Positions 38,610-47,760 of a stretch of 48,349 nucleotides of DNA are shown here, piece after piece; the first letter of the stretch is position 1; each line of letters opens with the position of its first letter. Location: the NCBI GenBank assembly GCA_963840645.1, contig CAWIZL010000004.1:153121-201469 (forward strand), written 5' to 3'. This stretch comes from Candidatus Doudnabacteria bacterium (GTDB taxonomy: Bacteria > Patescibacteriota > Doudnabacteria > UBA920 > VMFF01). A model generated the notes under the pieces. The model saw only the letters and a list, made by a program, of their open reading frames with translations, searched no databases and was not told the DNA's origin. The position numbers and the translations under genes were made by a program.

Positions 38610-39698
38610 TTACTTTAAAATAACATCGAGAGTCTTGCTCGCGCACTCTTGCCAGTTGAACAGCTTGAGGCGCTCTGTGCCCGCTTCAACGAGCTCTTTC
38701 TTTCGACTCTCGTCATCGACTACGCGACAGATTGCACTACCCATGTCTGCACTGTCCCGTGGGTCAAAGTACTCTGCTGCATCCCCTGCCACCTCTGGCA
38801 GTGACGAAACTTTTGAGCACGCAACTGGCACGTGCGCTGCGAACGCATCCAGGATCTGCAAGCCAAAGCCCTCGTAGAACGCTGGCTGCACGAGCAGGTC
38901 TGCGCGCTCTAGCACGGCAAAGCGACTCTGCACGTAGCCAAGGTACAGAACATCGGGACTGGCTGCTATCTGCTCAACTATGCCGCTATCTAGCCACCCA
39001 CGTCCACCGACGAGCACCAGGCTGTGGTTCGGCAAGCGTCCACCTGCCTTCAGCTCAGTGAACGCGTCTATTAAACCCTGTGGGTTCTTGCGCGGCTGGA
39101 GCGTACCCAGGTACAGGATGAAGTGCTCTGGCAGCTTTGCCAAAATCTTCCGCGTGTCTGGGTCTTCACCTGCGCCTGCCAAAAGCTCGCCCGGATCAAA
39201 CCCGTGGTACACCACCTTTATTTTTTCTGGTGCCAGGTTGTAGCGCGCAATTAAATCCTTCTTCGTCTGCTCAGAAATCGCGATGGTGCTCTTGGCAAAC
39301 TTGCACGCGTACCACGTTGAGAACTTCAGGTACCAGCGCATTGCCGTGCCGAACGTCTCTGGGTAGTACGCCCAGCCAAGGTCGTGGATTGTCACAACAG
39401 AATTTTTTGGGTGGATGATTGGCAGTGCAGACGCCATGACGAACAGCGCGTCTGGCCTGTGCAGCAGCACCTCTATCGACACGCGAACCTGCGTCCAGAA
39501 AATTGGGAACGGGATTACCTTGCATGAAAAATTTGGTGGCAGTGCCGCCATCCACTCTTGAGGCTCTGTGCGCAAGTACAGCACGTACGTGTTCACGCTA
39601 TCAACTTCTGCCAAGTGTTTGATGAGCTGCTTTGCGTAGTGCTCAACGCCAGTTGGCCTGCCGTGGTTTGCACGCTCTGCTTCTATGGCAATGGTCAT
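38610..39698 (-). CDS. Glycosyltransferase family 4
   Basis: TGVEHY, VVTIHDL, GTLQPRKN and FYEGFGL. Confidence 0.93.
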   Translation of the reverse strand: MTIAIEAERANHGRPTGVEHYAKQLIKHLAEVDSVNTYVLYLRTEPQEWMAALPPNFSCKVIPFPIFWTQVRVSIEVLLHRPDALFVMASALPIIHPKNSVVTIHDLGWAYYPETFGTAMRWYLKFSTWYACKFAKSTIAISEQTKKDLIARYNLAPEKIKVVYHGFDPGELLAGAGEDPDTRKILAKLPEHFILYLGTLQPRKNPQGLIDAFTELKAGGRLPNHSLVLVGGRGWLDSGIVEQIAASPDVLYLGYVQSRFAVLERADLLVQPAFYEGFGLQILDAFAAHVPVACSKVSSLPEVAGDAAEYFDPRDSADMGSAICRVVDDESRKKELVEAGTERLKLFNWQECASKTLDVILK

Positions 39699-41191
39699 GC
39701 TGCTGCCCTCCTGAGGTTCTTAATAGAATCAATGTCTGCGCGGCTCACAAAGCCTGTTGCCAGTGCCACGAGCGCGTACACAACGGCACCGAGCGGCAAC
39801 GTAACTGCCAAGCTGTCGTTCCGCAGTGGCCAGATTACGGCAAGCATCACAGCAGCTGCGAGCACTGCCTTCCACGTACCTGCCCAGAAAGAAAACTTCA
39901 CGATGCGCGTCTGCACAAAGTAAAAGTAGCACGATGCCTGGAACACCTCAGAGGCAACTGTCATTGCAGCTGCTGCCTTGAAGCCAAAGTGCGGAATGAG
40001 CAAAATGTTGCCGATTGTGTTTATAAAAATGTTGATGAAGGTGATTGCTGCTGCGTAGCGCGTCAGCTGGTTTATCATCAGGCTGTTCACGGCACCGTAC
40101 GTGAAGAGCACCGCTGTTCCGAACACAATAATCTGCAGCGCTGGGTAGCCGCCGTAGAACTGCGGACCGCCGAGCAGCAGCATCATGCGCGGTGCAACCG
40201 CAAGTCCGCCAACAGCAATTGGCAAACCTAGACCGAGCATGAGCTTAGTGTACCGCTCAAGGTACGTGCGCACAGCTACCAAGTTCCCAGCCTTCATCTG
40301 CGATGAGAAGAATGGGTAGAGGGCAGATGAAATAGTGCCAGGCACGAACGAGAGCAGATCAAAAAACTTGTATGCTGACGTGTACAGCCCTGTCTCTGCG
40401 TAGCCGCGGATGTGCGCCAGAATAACCACGTCAATTTTGTTGTAGATAATGCTGAAGCCAACGAGCATGCCGAATGGCAGCGCATCCCGCATGATGCGCA
40501 AGGTTTTGTCCCAGTTTAGGTAGCGAAAATGTATCCAAAGTTTGTACCCTGGCACGTACCGGTGCGTGACGCGAAGGTACACCACCAGGTGGATGACTGC
40601 GTTTGCCAGCTGCACGAACGCAAGGAACACAATCCACTTGTGGAAGAGCACTGCTGAGAAAATGAAGAGCGCGTTCACCACAGAGTCTGTAAAGTTCATT
40701 GTGGCAAGGATGCCCATGTCCTGGTGCGCAGAAATGACAGCTGTCATTGGAATGTCGAGCGCATCAAGGCACATGCCAGCTCCGCCAACAATAATTGCCA
40801 TGCGCACAAGTGGGTCGTAGCCAGCAGCAAAAGCAATGGCAACGAGCGCTGCGAACACGATGAGTGAAATATAAACCTCGACTGCAAAAAAAGTGCCCAT
40901 GTACTCACCTGCGCGATCTGGGTGCTCGCTCACCTGCTTGATGACGAGCGTCTCTAAGCCGAAAGATACCACGACGCTGAACAGCGTGACGTACGCGAGC
41001 GAGAACTGGAACTGCCCAGACGCGTACGTGCCGAGGTATCGGAACAAAGTTGCGTATGCCAGGAATACCAGAATGCTTGCTAAAACTTTTGATGCTATTA
41101 AAAAGAAGACGTTGCGGCCAACTTTGCCTGTTGGCTGCAGGACAGGAGCTATGACTGGTGAAAATGACGTGCTGGTTGCTTCGTTATCCAT
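39695..41191 (-). CDS. Wzx-like polysaccharide flippase
   Basis: Polytopic protein with RYLG, YNKIDVVIL, GLYTSAYK and NILLIPHFGFKAAA. Confidence 0.9.
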   Translation of the reverse strand: MDNEATSTSFSPVIAPVLQPTGKVGRNVFFLIASKVLASILVFLAYATLFRYLGTYASGQFQFSLAYVTLFSVVVSFGLETLVIKQVSEHPDRAGEYMGTFFAVEVYISLIVFAALVAIAFAAGYDPLVRMAIIVGGAGMCLDALDIPMTAVISAHQDMGILATMNFTDSVVNALFIFSAVLFHKWIVFLAFVQLANAVIHLVVYLRVTHRYVPGYKLWIHFRYLNWDKTLRIMRDALPFGMLVGFSIIYNKIDVVILAHIRGYAETGLYTSAYKFFDLLSFVPGTISSALYPFFSSQMKAGNLVAVRTYLERYTKLMLGLGLPIAVGGLAVAPRMMLLLGGPQFYGGYPALQIIVFGTAVLFTYGAVNSLMINQLTRYAAAITFINIFINTIGNILLIPHFGFKAAAAMTVASEVFQASCYFYFVQTRIVKFSFWAGTWKAVLAAAVMLAVIWPLRNDSLAVTLPLGAVVYALVALATGFVSRADIDSIKNLRRAAA

Positions 41192-41252
41192 GGAGCTATT
41201 TTACCAAGTTAAGCTCTAAGTAGCAAAAAAATTAAGATTTTAAAAATTGCAC

Positions 41253-41285
41253 AAAAAAGAGGAGGACACGTGGTGTCTCTCCTCT
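41253..41285 (-). terminator. Intrinsic terminator of the orphan operon
   Basis: AGAGGAGAGACAC-CAC-GTGTCCTCCTCT-TTTTT. Confidence 0.75.
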
Positions 41286-41343
41286 GCGATCTTCACGAAT
41301 AAACTGTTATCACCTCCTTTGGTGATGGCTCTAATCGACCTCC

Positions 41344-41733
41344 TTAGCTGGTCAGGCTGGCCGCTGGTCGGCTGCGCGCCTTGGCGAGCAGCTTTTCGAA
41401 CTTCTCGGGAAAACTCTGCATGGTCTCAGGGTCGTAGAACCTGATTCCATCGGAGTACCCCGCGAGGTTGTAGGCTTTGCTGCTGGCGATTATCGTGCCG
41501 CCGAGAATCTGGATCTGTCGGAGCATCCTCTCTGAACAACACTCGCCCTCGATGAGTATAACGACGTTGACGTTGTCCCCCAGAGTTCGGAGGACTGCCT
41601 CGTACGCTATATCGCCGCTATTACACTTCACGCACGTATCCTCTCCGAACTTTAGCATGACGTAGTCATACCCGAACCGCAGAGATGTTTGGCCGAGATT
41701 CGGTGCCGTAAAGTGCATGTCGTTTATACCCAT
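41344..41733 (-). CDS. Orphan hypothetical protein (alpha/beta pattern)
   Basis: ATG at 41733 preceded by GAGGG (alternative GTG at 41754); third gene of the orphan operon. Confidence 0.55.
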   Translation of the reverse strand: MGINDMHFTAPNLGQTSLRFGYDYVMLKFGEDTCVKCNSGDIAYEAVLRTLGDNVNVVILIEGECCSERMLRQIQILGGTIIASSKAYNLAGYSDGIRFYDPETMQSFPEKFEKLLAKARSRPAASLTS

Positions 41734-41807
41734 GATTGTACCCTCGTTCCACACCTGCCTTGCGGTCAGGATTTACTGGAGGTATTCTGTTTTGAAAGAA
41801 CCACAGG

Positions 41808-41878
41808 GATTGCTCCCACCTCAATAAACCATCGGGTGATTTTCTGAGGTGAGCGGGCGTTCTATGAGAGAACACCCG
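41808..41878 (-). ncRNA. Putative structured RNA motif, copy B (two abutting hairpins plus CAATC)
   Basis: Homologous to 42600-42670; stems are maintained with G-U pairs on the minus strand. Confidence 0.6.
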
Positions 41879-41959
41879 AGTTTGCCGCTTACTACTCCGG
41901 CTGCTGTGAAGGCTTATGAACTTCTTGCGCTGGCAAGATGGTAGCACTGAGATAGTGCG

Positions 41960-42538
41960 CTATCGATCTCCGCTGCGCGCGAAACAATCATTGAGCGGAC
42001 AACCCAGGGGCTTATACCCCTTCTCGTATGGGTGGTAGCTCGTTGTATTGATCAGGTGAGCCTTGTCCATGAGCTTTGGGAATACCCCGCTCAATGTCTT
42101 CTTGGTGAGGTTCACTTTCTGTTCGCTGGGCGGTTGTATGCTGACCCCGTACTCGTCTCGATAATTGGCTTTCCATTTTGCCGCGTCCCGATCTTTGAAC
42201 GTGATAACGTTGCAACCGCTGCTGCGCTTTGGATCGTCGCCGCACAGAACCACCTGGCGGAGGTACATGCTGTTAGGCTCGCCGCTGTAGATTCCCGTGA
42301 TGGAAGTTCGGCCTGCAATTTGGTGGAGCGACACCTCGTAGTCGTGGTGCTCCTTACCCAGTATCTCCTCAATGTCTACGTCGTACTCCGTAGTCGCACC
42401 CCTATACAGATTTCGGGTTGCAACCTCTTGCGCACGCTTCTGCGCGAGTTGGCTGTAATAGTGGTCGATAAAAAGCTTCGATCCTACCAAGCCACCTAAG
42501 ATCAAAAGAGCTACTACAACTATCGTAGAATTCTTCAC
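41960..42538 (-). CDS. Orphan membrane-anchored/secreted protein
   Basis: AAGGAGGG before GTG, an N-terminal TM helix, and four Cys. Confidence 0.7.
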   Translation of the reverse strand: MKNSTIVVVALLILGGLVGSKLFIDHYYSQLAQKRAQEVATRNLYRGATTEYDVDIEEILGKEHHDYEVSLHQIAGRTSITGIYSGEPNSMYLRQVVLCGDDPKRSSGCNVITFKDRDAAKWKANYRDEYGVSIQPPSEQKVNLTKKTLSGVFPKLMDKAHLINTTSYHPYEKGYKPLGCPLNDCFARSGDR

Positions 42539-42599
42539 AGTAAACCCTCCTTAAGGGCGAAAACTTCCAGTACTTTTAGGTCTCTGGATCCAGACCTGA

Positions 42600-42670
42600 G
42601 ATTGACCCACCTCAATAAACCAGAGACTGATTTCCTGAGGTGGGGCTCGCAGAAATAAATCTCTGCGAGC
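42600..42670 (-). ncRNA. Putative structured RNA motif, copy A
   Basis: Homologous to 41808-41878, with the same length and architecture. Confidence 0.6.
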
Positions 42671-42689
42671 GGGTTGTTGAGTTCGGTCG

Positions 42690-43106
42690 TTACGAATCGT
42701 ACTCAGTCGGCATCGCCATGCCGCGGATGAAGAACGCGACTGGAACGGAGAGCACGAGTGCAGCAGTGCCTCCGCAGAGGAGCCACACAGCCCACCTGTG
42801 TTCGATGCCGAACACCATGGCGGTTCCCAGAATCACGAATGCGATCAGGGCATCGAACAGTACGATGCGCGACGGCAGCCAGTTCGGGAAGTTCCTCTCG
42901 ACGCAGAAGTGGCTGCCGATGTAGTTGGCGAGCGCACAGGCCGAGAACAGCGCGGCGATGAACAGGCCGCCTGGCACGAAGTTGTAGAACAGGAGCGCCC
43001 AATCGGATGCGTGGAGCATCATCGTGATACCCTGCCCGAGAGCGGCCACCAGCAAGCCCGCAACGACCGCCGACCAAACCAACGGATTCTTGTAAGACTT
43101 TCTCAT
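42690..43106 (-). CDS. Orphan membrane protein (about 4 TM helices)
   Basis: TAAGGAGG before the ATG at 43106 (MRKSYKNP); four hydrophobic segments; GC-rich codons. Confidence 0.7.
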   Translation of the reverse strand: MRKSYKNPLVWSAVVAGLLVAALGQGITMMLHASDWALLFYNFVPGGLFIAALFSACALANYIGSHFCVERNFPNWLPSRIVLFDALIAFVILGTAMVFGIEHRWAVWLLCGGTAALVLSVPVAFFIRGMAMPTEYDS

Positions 43107-43152
43107 TTTGTAATGCCTCCTTAACCTTTCGCTACTGTCTGTAGCTATCAAA

Positions 43153-43182
43153 AGTATAACATGGATACTTGCTTTTTGTCAA
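43153..43182 (-). promoter_or_regulatory. Sigma70 promoter of the orphan operon
   Basis: TTGACA-18 nt-TATACT with an extended TG. Confidence 0.7.
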
Positions 43183-43197
43183 TAGCTATGGCTTAAT

Positions 43198-43225
43198 AAA
43201 AAAGCACCTTTTACAGTGCTTTTTT
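43198..43225 (-). terminator. Intrinsic terminator after the surface protein gene
   Basis: AAAAAAGCAC/GTGCTTTTTT inverted repeat. Confidence 0.65.
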
Positions 43226-43268
43226 GCTCGAAGCTTCTATTTAATACTTCTACTAACTACCGGCGCTC

Positions 43269-45179
43269 CTAGCTCCCCGCTTGATCCGCGCTCTGCGCTG
43301 ATGGCAGCAGGTAGCTGTCCACCTCAGCCTGCGGCAAAACAGTAGGCGCCTTCAACTTGTACGTTGTTTTCCACTGCGCGTACGTGAGCGGAGTTTTCTG
43401 ACCTTTCACAATTGCGTAGATTGCAGTAGATGCATCGCCCTTAATTAAAGTCCCGTCAACTGGCGGCAGCGGGCTGCCAGCAGTCAAATCCAATTCTTCT
43501 TCGAGCGACAGTGTCACAGCTTTCTTGGCCACACCGCGCTGCTGTGCAACGAACTTTGATATAGAGTGGCTTGTGCCGTTTGAGTACAGGAAGTACGTGC
43601 CGAGCTCTGTTGTGGTGAAGTACGTGCCATCTGGCGGCGCAACGAATGGTCCGAGCGCAGCAGATGAAACCTCAGTGGGCTTCACTGTCACAACGTTCGC
43701 AAAGCTGAACCCATCGAGCCAAACACTGTGCCTGAAATTGGGTGCAAGAAGCCTTCCTGAATTTCGTACACCTCTGGGCTCGTGGCGTACTTGATGAGCG
43801 TTCCATCTTTTGGCAGCAAGAACCCACCCTGCGTGTACGAGTTCACCTCTGCCTGTGGCAGCACGAACGGCGGAGCACTGTTGTAGCCGTACTGCTGGTA
43901 CGTGAACGGCGTGAGCAGCATGAGCTGGCCGCCCTGCACAACGTAAATGTTTGGAGACCCATCGCCTTTCACCACAGTGCCGTCAGATGGTGTGAGCTGG
44001 TTGCCAAGTGGGAATAGGTTTGCATCAGCAGTCGTCACGCTGAGAGCGTTCACCACGTTCAGCCCGCGCTGCTTGAGCACAAAAGTAGAAGCTGTGTGGC
44101 GCACGCCACTCTCGAACACGTACGTCTCGTGGGCAGCGTCATCGCTGATGCTGACCATCGTGTTGTCAGGCGGCGCGAGCGTTGGCCCTTTATCTAAACT
44201 TGCAAACTCTGTTGGCGAAATTTGCGTGATGCTGACTGTGGCAGGGTTAATCCCCTTTGCCTCGAGCACGAACGTTGGCGCAAACGACAGCTCGCCGTTC
44301 TGCACTATGTAAATGAGCGTGCCGTTCTGGAGCAGCGTGCCATTCGGGTACTGGAACCACTCTGTGAAAAATTTCCAAAAATTGTAGTTGCCGTTGTACA
44401 CGTGCGGCGTGTAGCGGTACAGCGCAGCTGTTGCCAAATCGCCAAGCGTCACAGCCTGAACTGGGGCTGCGTTGTTCGGCGGTCCCTGCGTGTTCTGCAC
44501 GTTGATCGTGTCTCCAACGCCAGACACTGTGATGAGCGGCGAGCCGAACGCGTTGTTGTTTACATCCACCATTGGGCCACGGCCACCTGGCGTGTTGAAG
44601 CTCCTCATGAGCGACTCAGGCGCTCCAAGGTAGCGGTTGCCCTGTGCATCTAAGTTCCCGAACAGCTGGAAGTAGAAGCCCTGGTACAGTGAGCCACAGC
44701 CACCAGAATCTGGACACCCAAAGCCCATGGCAAAATCGAGCGCGCCCTGTAAGTCAGTGTTATTGTCAAACGTTCCATCAATGAGGCTCTGCTCTTTTTC
44801 CATGGTCACCACAATCACCTGCGGGTTCAATCCACTCTCCTGTGATGCGTCCCAAATTAACTGCGCTGCCGTGCGCAGCTGCGGCAGGCTTGGCTCTGGG
44901 TCATTCAGCGCGCTCTTTATTAAATCTTCCTGTGGCTCTTTCAGCATGAGCAGGAACGATGGGCTCGTGTTTGCGAGCACGCTCCCCTTTGCGGCCAAGA
45001 ACTGCTGGATGCCAGCTGCGCCGCCAAACGTTTGCGTGTCTGAAAAAGCGCTGTCTGAAATGAGGTTGCCTGGGTCAAAGTCAGCCAGCGCCTGTAGCGC
45101 GTAGCCGCCAAACGTTAGCGACCACCAAGAGCACAGCAATTGTTGAACGTAGCTTACCCATGTTTGTTTTGCCTTTCAT
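43269..45179 (-). CDS. Secreted surface protein: 'hemagglutinin-related' putative lysozyme-like N-terminal domain plus multiple CPR P-x-DGTLIK repeats; frameshifts near 45110 and 43710
   Basis: FDPGNLISD, AAQLIWDASQESGLNPQVIVVTMEKEQSLI, AMGFGCPDSGGC and ALYRYTPH. Repeats (PSDGTVVKG, PKDGTLIK, PVDGTLIKG) continue into ORF 43269-43691. Confidence 0.75.
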
Positions 45180-45194
45180 TTTCATTCTACCACA

Positions 45195-47057
45195 CTACTC
45201 AACGTATGAGTTGCCCTGTGCAAAGCTCTTTAAATCACTGCTCGACATGACCATTATTGGAAAAACTTTCAAGCCGCGCTGCACGTAGAACGCGTAGTCC
45301 ACGGGGTGCAGCAAGCCGCTGAGCACCCAGTACACAGTTGGGTTTGACGCTGTCTTCACCAACGTTCCCTCAGTCGGTGGGAAGAACGTCGTGGTGAGCC
45401 AAGAAGAAACTTCCGCATCGCTGACGACGTTCACCTGCTGGGCCGAAACTTGCCGCTCCAAGAAAACTTGGTACGTGACAGGGTGCTTGCTACCGCTGTC
45501 CACCTCGTACACTGTGTTGCTGTCAGAGGTCTTCACGAACGTGCCGTCAGTTGGCATTGCGTACGATCCTGTTGGAATGGCATCCAGCTGGTACTGCTGC
45601 ACGATTGTCGGCGCCGTGCCGCTGAAGCGTTCACCCTGCACAAAGCTCGACACAGGCTCTTTTGTGCCGCCAGATACGTAGTAAATTGTTTGGCCTGGAC
45701 CTGCTGTTGTGACCAGCGTTCCATCAGGTATGGCTGGCACGAGGTTTGGGTTGAGTGCCGCAAACGCATCAATCTCGCCGCTGCCCAGCAAGCCCGCGCA
45801 CGGTCCACTGTTGCACTCTGTGGTGTTGAGCTCATCAATGGATACAGCAGAGCGCACAATTCTATCACGCACAGCAGCAGCGCTGATGCCCGGGAACTGC
45901 GCCTCAATGAGCACAGCCTCTGCGGCCACGAACGGCACGGCGAGCGACGTGCCAGCAGCGTACACGTAAGAATTTGGCGCTGGGGCATGCGTGTTTGGAT
46001 CAAAGCTTATGGTAGACAGAATGTGGTCTCCAGGCGCACTCACGGTGACGCACGTCTTGCCAAAGTCTGAGAACGAAGCTTTCAGGTCATTGATGTCTGT
46101 TGCTGCCACGCCTATGATTTCGCCCTGGCCACTGTTGTCGCACACAGGAAACTCTGGCGATGTATCGAGGTCATTGCCAGAGCCTGTCTCATCATTGCCA
46201 GCTGCTGCCACGAGCACCACGTTCTTGCTGTACGCGTAGCTGATGGCGCTCGAGAGCGTGGTGTCATTGGCAAAGCCAGTGCCGCCGAAGCTCATGTTGA
46301 TGACGTTCGCGCCGTGGTCAGCCGCGTACACAATGGCAGCTGCAACGTCTGCTGAATTGCCAGAGCCTGTTGAGTCCAGCGCCTTGAGCGGCATGAGGGA
46401 CACGTACCAGTCTGCGCCTGTTATGCCGCGGAAGTTGTTCGGCGTTGCGCCAATGACGCCGGCGACCAGCGTGCCATGCCCATTGTCGTCAGAATCTACC
46501 GATGGCTGAATAATGGTTTGCGTAAGAAAATTGTAGCCAGCTACCACTTGGCCTGCGTCCAAGCTCTGGTGCGTGCCGTCAATGCCAGTGTCTATGACGG
46601 CAACCTTGATACTGGAAGATCCTTTCTGAATGTCCCACGCATCTGGAAAATCTGCCTTTAAAAGCCCCCACTGGTGCGTTGGGTCTGTTGGGTCTGTGCT
46701 GAAGCCTGGGTTGTTCACAGAGGTGAAGCTCTCTTGAACTGGCGCGGTTGCCTGTGCGTACGCCACGGGGTAGGCTTCCTCAATTTGTCCAGGCGTGTAG
46801 GTTGTTGATACTTCGTAAATGTCGGCAAACTCGGAATCTTGGGGGTCAACAAAAAGTTTCTGCATTGAAAGAATGCGAGGATTTTCTGCCAGTGTGCTGG
46901 CACTGACAGACCCGAGCTTCACGACAACGGTCTCAACGGGCTGCACGCTCTGCACGGCGGCGGCGTACGACAAAAATGGTGCGCCGGCAAAGCCGATCAC
47001 ACCTACCAGCAACACTGCGCAAAGTTTTCTTGCCGAGCTACTTAGTGTAGTCACCAC
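45195..47057 (-). CDS. Secreted subtilisin-like S8 serine protease with C-terminal CPR repeats
   Basis: Triad VAVIDTG / NGHGTLVAG / GTSLAVP, oxyanion AAAGN, and a signal peptide. The GTG start near 47057 is approximate. Confidence 0.92.
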   Translation of the reverse strand: MVTTLSSSARKLCAVLLVGVIGFAGAPFLSYAAAVQSVQPVETVVVKLGSVSASTLAENPRILSMQKLFVDPQDSEFADIYEVSTTYTPGQIEEAYPVAYAQATAPVQESFTSVNNPGFSTDPTDPTHQWGLLKADFPDAWDIQKGSSSIKVAVIDTGIDGTHQSLDAGQVVAGYNFLTQTIIQPSVDSDDNGHGTLVAGVIGATPNNFRGITGADWYVSLMPLKALDSTGSGNSADVAAAIVYAADHGANVINMSFGGTGFANDTTLSSAISYAYSKNVVLVAAAGNDETGSGNDLDTSPEFPVCDNSGQGEIIGVAATDINDLKASFSDFGKTCVTVSAPGDHILSTISFDPNTHAPAPNSYVYAAGTSLAVPFVAAEAVLIEAQFPGISAAAVRDRIVRSAVSIDELNTTECNSGPCAGLLGSGEIDAFAALNPNLVPAIPDGTLVTTAGPGQTIYYVSGGTKEPVSSFVQGERFSGTAPTIVQQYQLDAIPTGSYAMPTDGTFVKTSDSNTVYEVDSGSKHPVTYQVFLERQVSAQQVNVVSDAEVSSWLTTTFFPPTEGTLVKTASNPTVYWVLSGLLHPVDYAFYVQRGLKVFPIMVMSSSDLKSFAQGNSYVE

Positions 47058-47760
47058 GTATTGCCTTGAATTTAATTTTGAGCAAATCTTCAAAGGATTC
47101 CACGTACGCCTTGAGCGGCACGTGGCCGCCACCGTGCTCTGTCCAAGAAACGGCTACCTCTTTAATTTTGTAGCCACGCGCTTCAGCAATGGTGAGCACC
47201 TCCATGTCAAAGCCCCAGCGGCTAATGGTCACGAACCGAAAAATATCCTTTGCTGCCTTTGCGCTGAAAGCCTTGAAGCCGAGCTGCGTGTCTTTAATTC
47301 CCGGCACGGCGAGCGCCCGTATGAGCAAGTTTGACATCCTGCTCAAGACAATTCTGTAGAGCGGCTGTGCAACCTTCACGGTTTTTGGGTCAAGGTAGCG
47401 AGACCCCACCACCACGTCGTAGCCCTGCTTGAAGAACGGCAGAAACTTTTCAACTTCAGAAACTGGCGTTGCGTTGTCAGCATCCATGAACATGACGACA
47501 TCGCCAGTTGCCCGCTCTAGAATCCCCTGCTTCACGGCATTGCCCTTGCCGCCCTTTTGCAAGTTCATGGCAAAAATGTTGTGAACCTTAGAACCAGAGA
47601 GCTGCTGCACGACTTCGTACGTTTTATCGCTGGAGCCATTTACAACAACGATGATTTCGTACTCGTAGCCACTCGACTGTAAGTACGCTCCAACGTCGAG
47701 CAAAGTTTCAGTTATCCTAGCTTCCTCATTGTATGCAGGAATTACTACTGAGAGTTTCAT
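47038..47760 (-). CDS. Glycosyltransferase family 2 (dolichyl-phosphate beta-glucosyltransferase-like)
   Basis: LSVVIPAYNEE, GKGNAV, FMDAD, DTQLGFKAF and WGFDMEVL. Confidence 0.93.
   Translation of the reverse strand: MKLSVVIPAYNEEARITETLLDVGAYLQSSGYEYEIIVVVNGSSDKTYEVVQQLSGSKVHNIFAMNLQKGGKGNAVKQGILERATGDVVMFMDADNATPVSEVEKFLPFFKQGYDVVVGSRYLDPKTVKVAQPLYRIVLSRMSNLLIRALAVPGIKDTQLGFKAFSAKAAKDIFRFVTISRWGFDMEVLTIAEARGYKIKEVAVSWTEHGGGHVPLKAYVESFEDLLKIKFKAIRGDYTK

Noticed and set aside
41808-42670. CRISPR array or DGR template/variable repeat
   Set aside because: There are only two copies, separated by a whole gene. No cas or reverse transcriptase gene is present, and the differences are not adenine-specific.
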